Assembly: GCA_951406725.2 (NCBI GenBank)
Contig: OX597815.1
Coordinates: 38,254,001-38,318,000, forward strand
DNA length: 64,000 nucleotides
Direction of reading: 5' to 3'
Source: Octopus vulgaris
Taxonomy: Eukaryota
How positions within the stretch are numbered: the stretch's first letter is position 1; each line of letters starts with the position of its first letter. Shown here piece after piece: positions 49,709 to 62,579 of the stretch. A model generated the notes under the pieces. The model did no database searches. It was not told the DNA's origin and saw only the letters and a list, made by a program, of their open reading frames with translations. Both the position numbers and the translations under genes were made by a program.

Positions 49709-52382
49709 TGGGTGGCGCTGGAATACTTAATTCATAAGATTACTTATTGTAATTCTGCATTGTCTTTCTACTAATATTTTGTGAATTAAAGATGTTTGTG
49801 CTTAGATTGTGGTGATATATCCAAGAAACTGAAATATATCCATTCAACCTTTTACTCAAGTTTCTTGTGTCTAATACATTGTTATCTAACGTAGACTTAT
49901 GTACCAACATTTAGGATGGCACTAAATCGAAATATAGGATGGCACTAACCCAAACAATTCATATAAGCTCTCTGAGGAAGGTGACATAGACTGTGGTATG
50001 TGTACAGATATCTATGAGCAACATAATATTATTCGTTTTCGTTTTTTAATGTTTTCAATAATAGTGGGCTTACTGTGCTCTGCTAGTTTTCAAGACCTAT
50101 ATAGATAAATGGGTAAACTTATTTTATGGTGCCACCGCTGTGGTGTGTTGTGTCTTGTCTCATAGTGGAGCAAAAATGTATCTGAAGAGAACTATGCTGG
50201 AATTTCAAACTTTGTCTCATCTTTCAATACAATGTGAGTGGAAAATGCAATTAACCAATTTCATGAACATGTTTTAGATCATTGTACTACAGTTTGTTCT
50301 GCTATATGTGTACTACTTTGTAGATTTTGCGTGTGATAGGATTGGGTTATATTATGTTGGCGGTTGTACTTGGACACTTGAATATGAAAGATATGGTGAT
50401 GAGTTCAACACTTTTATACTGATTTTTGTTGAGCTCAAACTATGTTGGAGAGCGTTTGGTAATTTGTGTAGTCTGTATTTGTGAAAGACTTGTGCTGGAA
50501 TCTTTCGACATAATACAATGTATTTCGAATGTGTTTCAAGCTCGGAGTTGATTGGGATATTATTATAAGCCGGACTTTCTCACTTGATCGATCTTTTTTC
50601 TTTTATTATAGTATTCATGACTAATCATTTTTCTATGATATCAAAGTGTGCCTAAGCAGTTTTGTCCGCTAATCCTAACGGATCGGCAGATTGCATCCAG
50701 ACTTTCTCATCAACTCGGTTATGTCGTAATTTCACGAGCTGTAACATTTTTGTTTATTCGTCTGATGTATATTTAATATAGAAGAAATGAATATTTTGTT
50801 TCGTATAGGAATGGAACCGCCACTCCACTATAGACCGTATAGTCTTTGTTCATTGCAAAACTGATTACTTTGAAAAACAATTTGCTGCGTTTAATTTCAT
50901 AAATATATCTAAAATAAACAAATGATACGAAAAAAGATATTTTTGTAAAAATATATGTTAGTTTCTTTTAAGAAATAACAGGAAGAAAAAAAAGAGCTTA
51001 CTTTTTCCAGATCTTTTTTTCTCATGTTTTGTCTTTAGCAATTCGAAGATCAAAGAAATGCAATTAATTTAATTTCACACTAAAAGAAAATTTAAATAAC
51101 ATGTCTTATTCGTAATATTTATCTAATTGGTTATCTGAAAATCATGACAGTGATGTTATCTAATAATTTTGTAGTAATATGATCTGCAATTTGATTTAAC
51201 TCGTATGGAAAATTGTTTCATCTAGCTAATCAATGGCATGTTTATTAGTGCAGAAATTAATATGTACTAATTTATATTATACTTAATTGATTTAATTTTT
51301 ATGTAGCTTCTCCCTTCTTCGTAATAATCTAAAATACCACCAAAGTAAGCTTCTCCTTTTAATGAACAAACGAAATTATTCAGAGAAGCAATCCACTCGG
51401 AAAATAACAGTTAAGCTAATGCCATCATATTATTTAATGCAGTGAGGAAAAAGAGTTTCATAAATTGATAATACTTAAGCTATAAACAGAAGCAAGCAAC
51501 AAATTAATAATTGATATTATTTTTATTTAATAACACAGAACCTGTACAGAGATATCTTTCGTTTTCGTGAAAGATAGGATATTTGCCAATGTGTACTTTT
51601 CACCTCTTAAAAGTTATTAATTAGATTTTCTCTTTCTCCATAAAGTATGATGGCACGAAATTTACTTATATATATTTCGCGTAGGTGGCGACTCTCAATC
51701 ATTATCATTGTTTCACGGCTATCATGTATATTATTGTACATCAATACAGTTATTACTTTATCAGTAAGTAATTTGGTTATCTAAGGGAAGTCTATCTTTC
51801 GCTGCGATGATCTAATAAGAGCGAAATGCATCTAGAATTACCGTTGTTAATTCAAAAATCAGAGAAAATAAATTTGTCATTGAAATATAGTTTCTTCTCA
51901 TTACGACGGTATTATTAACTAATTACATTATACTTTTTCATTCTATGATGGCATTAACATCACTAATACGTTTCAAATCTCAAATTCCGTTAACTATGTA
52001 CTTATAATGTGTACTTATAATATTACTATGGTCTTATAATATTACTAGTATCGATCGATTGTTATAACTTTTCCTTCCCAAGTCTTATCTTCTGTCACGT
52101 GAAGAGTCATTAGTCAGTTGATGCAGACCTGGCTCAGAGAAAAAAAAAATTGATTTAATAAGATTTTCCATGATTACAAGAAAAACATTAATACACATCT
52201 ATCAATGCTTGTTTATATAATAAACCCATGGGAATATTTGTGTTAGGAACCTATTAGCTTCCGAATATTTGTAACATATATTGGTATGAAGTTGCACTTT
52301 CGATGGGTAATTAAAATCGATTGAAACGATTTAGTGATCTAGCATTTGACAGATGTATATTATACCAACTCATTTAAGATTT

Positions 52383-55300
52383 TGTGGTGTTATGAGCCAG
52401 GCTGTGTTGTAAGGAAAGACCGGAAGTGGGGGCGTACGCATCACAAGCTATTTCGGCTCAGAAAAAAAAAAGAAAAATGGCGCGTATGGTCCGTGTTTCG
52501 AACAAGACCATTTTGCGGCGAGGGGGATATTGTCGCTTGGCTGCAAAAAATTAAGTTGGTGGCAAAACTCCAAGATATAGATGACCTAGCGAGTTTCATA
52601 CCGTTGTACCTCGATGGATCGGCGTTGGCGCTATACCTGTAAATGGAGAGGGACCAGTTAAGCGCAGAAAAATTAGAGCGCCGGTCGATAGAGACTTTTA
52701 GAGAGCCACCTATGGTATATGGTTGAATGGAGAAAGCGAATTGGACGGTGAACAGGTCGATGTGTTTGCCAACGTGAATCAGGGCATTGACCAAACTTGT
52801 GGGATACAGGAATGACGCGTTGGAACAAACAGTTAAATTAGCATTTGTGACAGGATTTCGTGATCACGTGTCGGTCGAACTGCAAATGCTGCCGAATATT
52901 CACTCCATGGCGATGGGAGCGGTAATATCTCGGGCCAGGGCCATCGTCTCCTGTTGCAGGACGACACTTTTAGCAGTAACTGCAACAACGAGGTGTCAAA
53001 CAAAGAGCGGCGGAGAGGGGTCGAAAAAGAAACGTGTGCGTCCCTTCAACGGGCAGTGTTTTCGGTGTTAGGGTTCGCACATGGTTAGAGACTGCAAGGA
53101 GTAATTTGCTATCGATGCAGACAAAATGGCCACAACGCTAGTGAATGAGTTCAAGGAAACGGTGTAAGGGAGACTACTGCGCCGGTAGTCATCCCGTCGA
53201 AAGAATAGAGACGCATATACAGTTGTTGTCAGTCATATATGGCGTGGTGAACGGAAAGGTATCACAAGCCCTCATGGACACAGGCTGCTAAACTACCCTA
53301 ATGACTCCGGGGATGGCGGAAGAATGGAGTGAAGTGAGTCGTTTAAGGGCTGTTGATGGTACGAAAGTTGAATGCAAAAGAATTACCGATGTGGAGATGA
53401 TGGTAAGAGAAACGAGATTGAGATTGTGCACGATCGTGATAGACCGCGTGGTGGACGGAGTCGATGTGGTGATGGGGATGGACGCTTTGGGTTAACTGCT
53501 AAACCGCCGGAATCTATTGAAGGAGGAGCTGCGCTGGGACTCAAGCTACAGAGAGACAAGGCCGGCGCGTTGGTGTTTCGGAGAGGGAATGAGATCCCAG
53601 GACTGGGATCCAAGACGTGTAGGCGAGAACTGTTTTCTGTGTGTGGGAAGCTTCTGGGACACTACCCGATTGCAGGATGGCTCTGGACGGCATGCAACTT
53701 CATCAAGAGGCGAGCTGAAGGGGTGAGGTGGAGTGACAAAGTGGGCGAGAAGAAAACTGCCATGATGCAAGAAGTCTTGAAGAGGGACCTGGTATGTGCC
53801 CAAATTGAAGGATGGGATCGTGTGGTGTGTTGCCAGCAGCATAGCAACGGGCGTTGCCCTGGAAATTGAAGGTGTTGTGGTAGAGGATGCGGCCTGGCTC
53901 ATGAAGAAGGACGACTGCAACTACATCAACGTGGCGGAGCTGGATGCCTCGTTGAAGGGTCTGAACCTGGCCATGATGTGAGGGCTCCGTACCATCGAGA
54001 TCCCGACCGATTCGGCCACTGTACTTAGATGGGTGGGATTAGTGGTCAGCGGTTAGTGGCGAGCGGAGGGTGCGAACCAAAGGGGGTGCAGAGATGCTGA
54101 TAAAACGCCGTTTGGGAATTCTGGGCGAGCTAGCTGCCGAGTTTGACCTGAAGCTGAGTGTGGTTTTTGTGCCCTCCGAGAGGATTAGAGTGGACATCCT
54201 GACCGGAGTAAAGAAAGCCCAGTTGCAAGTGCCAGAAGATCTGGACCAAGGAGTGGCTGCAGTGTGTCGACTGAGTGGTTCAGAGCTGAAGAGATTGCAT
54301 ACCATTATCACATGGGGGGGGATTCCTGTTCCTAGCCAGGAAAGTTGACTCTGACGTGACCAGATAGAGTGAACAAAGATTAGTTGGGAGCTGCGACAGG
54401 TACCAGTCCATTGACCCCGCGCTGGGTGTGGATAAGGTAGGAAGCATTCCAGTTGAAGACAACTGGAAATGACTGGCAGTGGACGTGATGCACTGCCGGC
54501 AGGAGGTATACCTCTCGATTGTCGACTGCAGACCGGGTGGTTGGATAATGGAGGGAGATGACGATGGGGGCCGCGGAGGAAATCACAAGAATACTGAATG
54601 AGGTATTCCTAGAACGAGGCCCTGTGGATGAGCTGCTTGTGGACAATGGCACTGCATTTCGCTCGGAGGTGCTGGGGGAAATGATTGACAAGTGGCATCT
54701 TAGCCGTATCTTCAGGACGGTATACCAGTCAAGAATGGGGTTGTGGAGAGGCGTAATCAAGATCATAACAGAGAGGGGCCTCATCTCACCAGTCGATGCT
54801 ATTTTTTGGTATAACATGTCACCGAGCTCGGGGCAGGCTGAGGAGTCAGTGTAACACAAGGCAATATTCAAGTACGAGTGGAGACATCCATGTACCACAT
54901 CGCTGCAACACGCAGAAGAGAAAGTGCAAGCCTTTGAGCAGGTCGGGGAAGAAGTCTGTGTTAAACCTTCAAATGCGCGGTTCACATCACAATGGGGAAA
55001 GAGGACAGACATTTCTGTAAATTCGAGGGACAATGTGTCCGTAGATTGCATGCCACGTCATGTTTTAGATGTGCGCAGGATCATCACTGCGACGGAGGAT
55101 GGAGCCAACAGTAGTGGACAAGAGGACGAAGTCAACAGCAATATGCCAGGAACTGAAGCCAGTCCTGAGGTCCCACGGCTGTCGCAGAGGAAGCAGTGTC
55201 CTCCTCACTGGTTGGCTTGTTACGAGACAAGTTAAGGCGTGTGGTCAGGATTGAGGAGTGTGGGCATGTTGGTTGAATGATCTTCAGATCAGGTGGAGCG

Positions 55301-55578
55301 TGTGGTGTTATGAGCCAGGCTGTGTTGTAAGGAAGGACCCGAAATGAGGGAGTACGTATGCCCTGTCGAAAGTGAGGCATGTGGGGCCCACCGGTAGGCA
55401 TGCGGAGTCGGTGAATCGCGAGCAGCCAGTTGGTGGCGGATAGTGCATGAGAGCAGACACGTTAGACGGTACGCGGCGGATGGAGCAAATGGACGTTTTG
55501 AGTGAACCTTCCAGATTGAGACAGAGTACGTGGACGTTATGAGCGACCCATTCCAGACCGACAGTTAAGACTACCGCA
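52383..55578 (+). mobile_element. Gypsy-like LTR retrotransposon (gag-PR-[RT mostly deleted]-RH-IN), decayed
   Basis: LTR start TGTGGTGTTATGAGCCAGGCTGTGTTGTAAGGAA at 52383 and 55301; gag with two decayed CCHC knuckles; protease ALMDTGC; RNase H VWCVASSIATGVALE..INVAELDA; integrase LAVDVMH..ELLVDNGTAFRS; purine tract before 3' LTR; possible TSD ATTT/ATTC. Confidence 0.9.
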
Positions 55579-56014
55579 ATTCTCTCTTTGCTTCCGTCTT
55601 TTGCCCCACCTCACATCATGGATTTCTAAATATATTTGTAGAAATTACGAAATAGAACTAGAGTTCAAGACTGTGAGGAAATTTGACGAGATACCACACT
55701 TTCTCCATAATTCATTCAAGAAAGAATTTCTCGGTTTATCGGGGTCAAAGTCACTTCAAACACAAGTGAATTACAATCTGTTTAAGAACGGAAAGTGGAT
55801 GGTGATTCAAGATATACAATTCGGTATTTGTCGGTAAAAAAACTTGTATTTTCTCTTTCAAACTAGGTTCTAAAACAATACTAACCTTTTTTTTTTTTTC
55901 TTTTGCGACACAGTTTATCGAGTACTGCATTATCTCAACCCTTTTATCTGAGAGCTGAATTTCATGGCATACACAAGCTGAAAACGGAGAGATGTTTATT
56001 GCAGATGCACTACC

Positions 56015-56650
56015 TTCTACTCACATATATCCACACACACATCCCTCCACACACACAGGTGCATGCACAAACACTCACCTACGTACACTTCTACACATAC
56101 AAGCACATAGACACACACCCCCACGCGTAGAAACGTACACACGCACACATACCGACACACAGGCACACACATGTACGTGCGTATACTTCCACACACACAT
56201 TCACCCCACGCACAACACACAACGCACACACAAGCACACATACACGCAAGTACATACCCATCTACACACACTCGCACGGACAGAGACATACATACATCGC
56301 CACATGAACGCACGTATACACGCACACACACACACACATATATATACAGCGAGAGTAAAAGAGAGATAGAGACAGATAGAGTGACAGAGAGAGAGAGAGA
56401 CACACACACACACATACACACGCATCCATACACATGTGCTCACACACACACACACATACATTTTCCCAATCCGTCTACGCACACTTACCAATACATACAC
56501 ACAACCACAACCACCACCACCCATTCAAAGAGTCACACACACCCATTCTCACATCCCCTTCACACTGCCTCTGACTCACTATTGACCCTTCCATCTACGC
56601 ACACTTGCAAACAACCACACCGACACTCACATACATTTACACACTTGTCA
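56015..56650. repeat. Degenerate CA-rich low-complexity tract
   Basis: Direct reading; source of His/Thr-rich spurious ORFs. Confidence 0.85.
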
Positions 56651-56706
56651 CTATAGCTGCTGACCTCTCAGATCAATATTATCACACTGGCGCACAGATC
56701 CTATCA

Positions 56707-56938
56707 CATCTCAACCACGTGTGAATAAGCAAAATAATTTAGCAGTGAATAAATTTTGGTTGAACGAACTAGATTTAACTTTGTACTAATTTTTATCTAA
56801 ATTGGTTTTTACTTGCTAGCTACTTGATAAAATCCTATATAGATTTTATTCTTGATAACAATTGATAAATATAAATTCGCTTAAACCAAAATTTTTTCGG
56901 AGCTGAATTATTTTGGTTATTCACACGTGGCTGAGATG
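56707..56938. mobile_element. MITE-like fold-back element (~230 bp)
   Basis: Arms CATCTCAACCACGTGTGAATAAGCAAAATAATT.. / ..AATTATTTTGGTTATTCACACGTGGCTGAGATG, about 60 bp imperfect. Confidence 0.7.
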
Positions 56939-57273
56939 AACGAACAAATTTAACTTGTATAGAAGAGTCAAAATTCGTATATGCACTGTGTATACGTTGT
57001 GTTCGTATAGTAAGTATAAATATTTATAATTATGTACTTTTGGTTATGTCATACCGAGGAAAGTATAGTGATATTAAACTTTTTTTAAAATCTGCTTTTG
57101 TTCATTCCCTCGCTTTCAGCAGGTGTCTGTGGGATAAATAAAGTAGTTTTGGAGCCATTTGGCGTCATCTTCTAGCATGTGTCATAACTTGGTAGTTTCC
57201 CTTATTATAATTTTATAATCATATTTATAAAAATTAAATACATTGTGTGTATATATATACATATAAATATACA

Positions 57274-57468
<195 letters not shown>

Positions 57469-57806
57469 ATACACACACTTATATATCAGAGTAAATGCTC
57501 TAAGCAGTGTTTATAATTACAATTTAGGTTAGTTGAAATATGTGTGCCGCATTTTCAACTTCTAAAGGCAAATACATTGCAGTCACCGTGGAGAAAAAAT
57601 CTCTTGTGGTAAAAGGTGTGAAAACACTCCGTTCGTTCAGTGTCGCCTGCTCTCAGGAATCTGAGACACCGATGTTTCGAGTTTATTGACACTTTTCGAT
57701 CAGATGTTCCTGAGATGGAACAATCCTGAACGAACTGACAAAGCTTATAGCTTTATATATGTCAACACATTGACAGATTTGCGCTAGTAGATATGTATAT
57801 GTATAT

Positions 57807-57862
<56 letters not shown>

Positions 57863-57913
57863 GCACGCATTTTTTTTCTCTCCTTGTTTCTCTCCGTGTT
57901 TCTTTTCTGTGTA

Positions 57914-57951
57914 TCTTTCTGTTGAAGAGCGTGGGCTCGAAACGTAAAAGA
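57914..57951 (+). ncRNA. Hammerhead-like motif, variant core CUGUUGA (second copy)
   Basis: TCTTT-CTGTTGA-A-GAGC-GTGG-GCTC-GAA-ACGT-A-AAAGA; differs from the 47957 copy only in loop II. Confidence 0.65.
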
Positions 57952-58052
57952 CTTGTTTTATTTATATTCCTGAGCGCCATACTAATACAATTGTTTGTTT
58001 ATATTCCACCTGCCTTCGTCTTTTGTTTATTTTCATAAAGCTTCCCGTTATA

Positions 58053-58111
<59 letters not shown>

Positions 58112-58800
58112 TATAAAAATTATATATAAAAAGGGACAAGTACGTGAAATACACAAAGAGACGACACAAAAAACGGACGGGTCATTCGAAGCCTTTAATC
58201 TTCAGTCAGGAACCGGACCATCATAGCAAATTTCGGCTGATTAATTCTGATATTGCTCCGACGCGGCCAGCCCCAATGAAAAACTAAGCTGCGAGCATTA
58301 GATTTCTTGGAAAAAGGATCGAATGTAAACGAAACAAGGACAGAAAAACGGAATATATATATGTGTGCGGGGTGGGGGCGTGCGTGTGTGTGAGAAAGAT
58401 AGAGAAAGAAAGAAAGTGAAAGAGAGAGAGGACGGCGCGTTGCTTATTTTAGGCACAATTTTAAGTTTGATTTTCAAGGATGTAGGCACGGTGTATCCTA
58501 GAATAAGGCACTACATTTTATGATACCCCAGATCAATGACCAAAGATAAATACCAATAACAGCGGGCGGTTTATTTTGCAACCGACTAGCCTCCCTTCCA
58601 TGTAGGATCTCTTGTACTCTCGACCACCGAGAATCATGGTTAACATCCGGTTGATGCAAGAAAGCGATTTCAATTTTTACAGATGCACACAGACATACAC
58701 ACAAACACAGACACAGGCACACACACACACACACACAAGCACACACACACACATGCACATATGAGTATATGCATATACATATACGTATATATATATATAG

Positions 58801-59029
58801 ACAATTGCAGCGTGGAACGTGTTTATAAGCCATTTGAGAAACACACAAAAACCGTTAGATTCACTTCAACATTTAAATTTAATTTGTCAAAATATTTTCG
58901 TCGCTTTGAGACCGCCACCTGTTCACTGACAAAATTCCGTGATGCAGCAAGGAATTTAAATGTTGAAGCGAATCTAACGGTTTGTGTGATTCTTAAATGG
59001 CTTATAAACACCTTCCACGCTGCAATTGT
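58801..59029. repeat. Fold-back element with ~76-bp arms enclosing a hammerhead-like scaffold
   Basis: 58801-58878 vs 58953-59029; spacer read on minus strand TTTGTCA-GTGAACA-G-GTGGC..GCGAC-GAA-AATATT-T-TGACAAA. Confidence 0.75.
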
Positions 59030-59724
59030 TTTCGATCCAGCACACGATCTCAGATCAGGTCACTTGCTATGCAAGTACATCTCAGTAATATATATATATA
59101 TATATAGAGAGAGAGAAATTCATCAATATGACCATATGATTTATATACTTCTGCTTTCCTCCACATATCTGTCTTTGCACGTATATGTTTATTTCTGTCA
59201 CTCTCCCCTCCTCTCTCTCTAACCCTCTTTCTCTGCATATGTGTGTATGTATGTATCTCTGTATATATATATATATGTTCTCAAACGAATATTTTTGACG
59301 CGTAATATATTTTGCAGCTGTCAAAACAGAATATAATGTGTGATATTGAGAAAGATTGGCTGATATCCTCAGGAGAACACATGTGATCTTGTGAATTATA
59401 AAGACAAAAACATAATTGCTAGCCTATACAAAAATCATTTAAAATATGAATTATGAAATCCCGCTGAAATATTTTGCACAATTCAGATATCTATAGGAAG
59501 TAATACAATATTGATGAGTCACCTACCCCATCGGCCAGTAGAAGCGACACTGAAGGTATCTTCAAATAATGCACGTTGGATAAGCAGGCGCAGGTGTAAA
59601 TGTGAGGTAAGAAGTTTATTTTTCAACGACAAGCTTCCGTGTTCATTTCCGCTCCGTGATATCTTGGGCAAATGTTTTCTACTACTGTCCCGGAACGAGC
59701 AAAGATTTGTGAATGCATTTGCTT

Positions 59725-59980
59725 GATGGAAACTGAAAGAAGCCTATGATGCATATGCATATGTGTATAGCGATGCGTGTGTATTTGTGTTTGTAATTGT
59801 CTCTGACCACCGCTTGGCAGCCGGTGTTGGTTTGTTTACGTCCTCGTAACCTAGTGGTTCAGCAAAAGAGTTCGATATAATGAGTATCAGGTTTAAAAAG
59901 TAAACGCTGGGGTCAGTTCGTTCAACTAAACCCTCTCACGGAAAGGCACCAACATGGCCCCAGTCCAATGATTGAAACTG
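59725..59980 (+). mobile_element. Diverged SINE 3' half
   Basis: GGAAACTGAAAGAAGCC...CAACATGGCCCCAGTCCAATGATTGAAAC matches the 24978 family. Confidence 0.75.
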
Positions 59981-60249
59981 TTGTAAATAGAAAAATACAT
60001 GAGTAGTGTCAATATTTTTTTACATTTTACTTCAGTCCTACAATATGGGGAGCACCGCCTTTAAATTATCTTAAATTAATATTATTGAACCTGCAGCCTG
60101 TTCTTCCTATGATGTACCCATTTGTACGATGGCATCATGCACAATATAGAACTAGAATCGGGATAGAAATCTTCTGATTACTAGGCTGTCTTCTGTTTAG
60201 AGTAAATATTGTCTACCTAACCAACTAACAGGAAACGTATAGCTAGGAA

Positions 60250-60800
60250 CTTGTGAATAAGTTTTAAAAGTTATTTTTAACCACATGCTGAAGTCATTAT
60301 CTAAATCGCGATAAGAGCAGTTAAAACAGATTTCTGTAGTGATAAGCTTGATGGTATGTACAAGAATAGCAAAATAGAAGTATCAGAACTAGAGAAAATT
60401 GATTTGAAAGTAAAATTAGCACTCATACATGAACACAAAAAATAATAAAATTAACAAATCATGTTTTTCAATACCATTAAAAAAAATAATGAAACTGCAA
60501 TTTTACATGTCAGAGTAAAGAATAAGATAATAAAAAGTGACAGCACGAGATATTTACTGTGAACATCAAGAATACAAACCAATAATAGAAAACAACTTCG
60601 AAATAATTTCCGTTAAACCTTGGAAAGCACATCAAATTGTATTGAAACAACAAAAAAGAGTAATTAACGAAAAATACACCCAAAATTTGAAAAGTGAAGA
60701 AAGCAACCCGCACAAATGTGTATAAAATATGTTTGGAAGAAGGAAATTATCCTAAAAAGAAATAAAAGATAACCTATAGAAATAACTAAAGCCTCAAACG
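60250..60800 (+). mobile_element. Possible very old Penelope-like fragment
   Basis: A-rich strand bias and faint motifs (TNVYKICLEEG) resembling the GIY-YIG C-terminus; weak. Confidence 0.3.
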
Positions 60801-62474
60801 AAACAAGTTGAAATGACATTTCATTTAATTAGAAACCCATTTGATAAACATATTAAGGAATGATCAACAGTTAATTCAGGACATTAGTGACAGAAAATGC
60901 ATCAAATTAGTGGCTGACTCGTCACTGCGAAATATATAAATAAATAAAGAAAGAAAAAAAGGAACGAAAGAATGGATGAATAATTGAAAGAAAGAAATGC
61001 CCTTTGAAAAGCCTAAAGGGCTAGTCATTCAGCAATAATTATAGTACGGTAGCTAAGTATGCGAAACTATAGCTTTCAAACGTACATTGCATGTTGCAAT
61101 TTGCTGTCAAGTTATCAATGAATACCAATTTATCATTTTCTTTTTAATTTTAAACAGTTACAATAATATTGTTTTACAATTGAAAATTTATATATTACTT
61201 GCCTGGGTTTGGGAATATTTTCGTGGTCCACTTGATAATATTTTCGTTGTCTCGCAATGAAATTACGAAGCATTTTTTCTTTATGTTCCGGTTTACTTCG
61301 TTTCCATTTCCAAATCTAGAGAAACATCATTTTTTTCCTCTCAAGTAAAATATTCCGGATTTTATGCTTACATTGCACTGTTGTAATCATAAAAAACTAG
61401 TGTACAACCGATAAGAGAATAAATATACACATCCTTGAATGTTGATCTATTGACAAATATCTCTTTATCAGCTCCGGGTATTTAGAAATCAATTTTTGCT
61501 GACAATGTACAATTATTATTCTTTTTTTGAAACGTACAATTATGTTTATAAATACTGTGTACTTTTAACTATTGAATCATTCTTTTTGTTTTTTTAAATT
61601 ATTTTGATGCACATAAAGTGATAAACATGTTCCCAAGATTCTGTCAGGAAAAATACCAACGTTTATTATCCTGATGTATTTGTTTAGGGTTAATATAGCA
61701 TAAACAACTCCTTGTGTCACTTGCAACTTTGGAAGATGTTTTACTTTGAAAATTATTTTCCTTGTGAACCAAGATGAAAGTGACATCAAGTGAGCATTAC
61801 GTAAGATGTTTGTCGCTAGAGATAGCTATCTGCTTTGTACATGCTAAGATTACAACAATAACTAACTACAGTGTATCTCTGTATTATACTCTTCATGAAT
61901 ATCACAATCTGCTTCATTATGAAAGTTTTAAGATTAATTCAAAATATTCATCAATGTAGAAATCATAATAAGTGTATTGTTGAAGTTGCAGAATGTCTAG
62001 ATTTAGATAAAGCTGGAAAATACGAATCATTATTTTCTTTAAGAGGAAAGTTAACTACTTGACAGCCAGCATGAATTAGTCGTCGATGTTGTCAAATCAT
62101 TGAATCAATATAACAAAGAAAAGAGATGACAACATAATTTGCTGATATTTCTAACACTATAAATACAATATTTATCTGTCTAATAACAGTAGATTTCTTT
62201 TTCAATAACACGACGAGTTACTATCCTTAGGTTAAAAGTATTGCTTTCGAACATGTTCAGACTACAGCATTGTATGTCACAATGCATGTTGGAGTGCACA
62301 TTCAGTTAAGTGGTGGCATAGTATTTTTAGAGAAATTACCTTCGCATCTGGTCGTTGGTACGACTGTGTAAATTATAAAGTGTTGTTTAGTCTGAGCTGA
62401 CCTTTTAAGAACAAGAAGAACAATGGAAATTTTGGTGGAGACGATTTTTGTAGAAATGCCGTATTTTCTCTCTA

Positions 62475-62508
<34 letters not shown>

Positions 62509-62509
62509 C

Positions 62510-62579
<70 letters not shown>

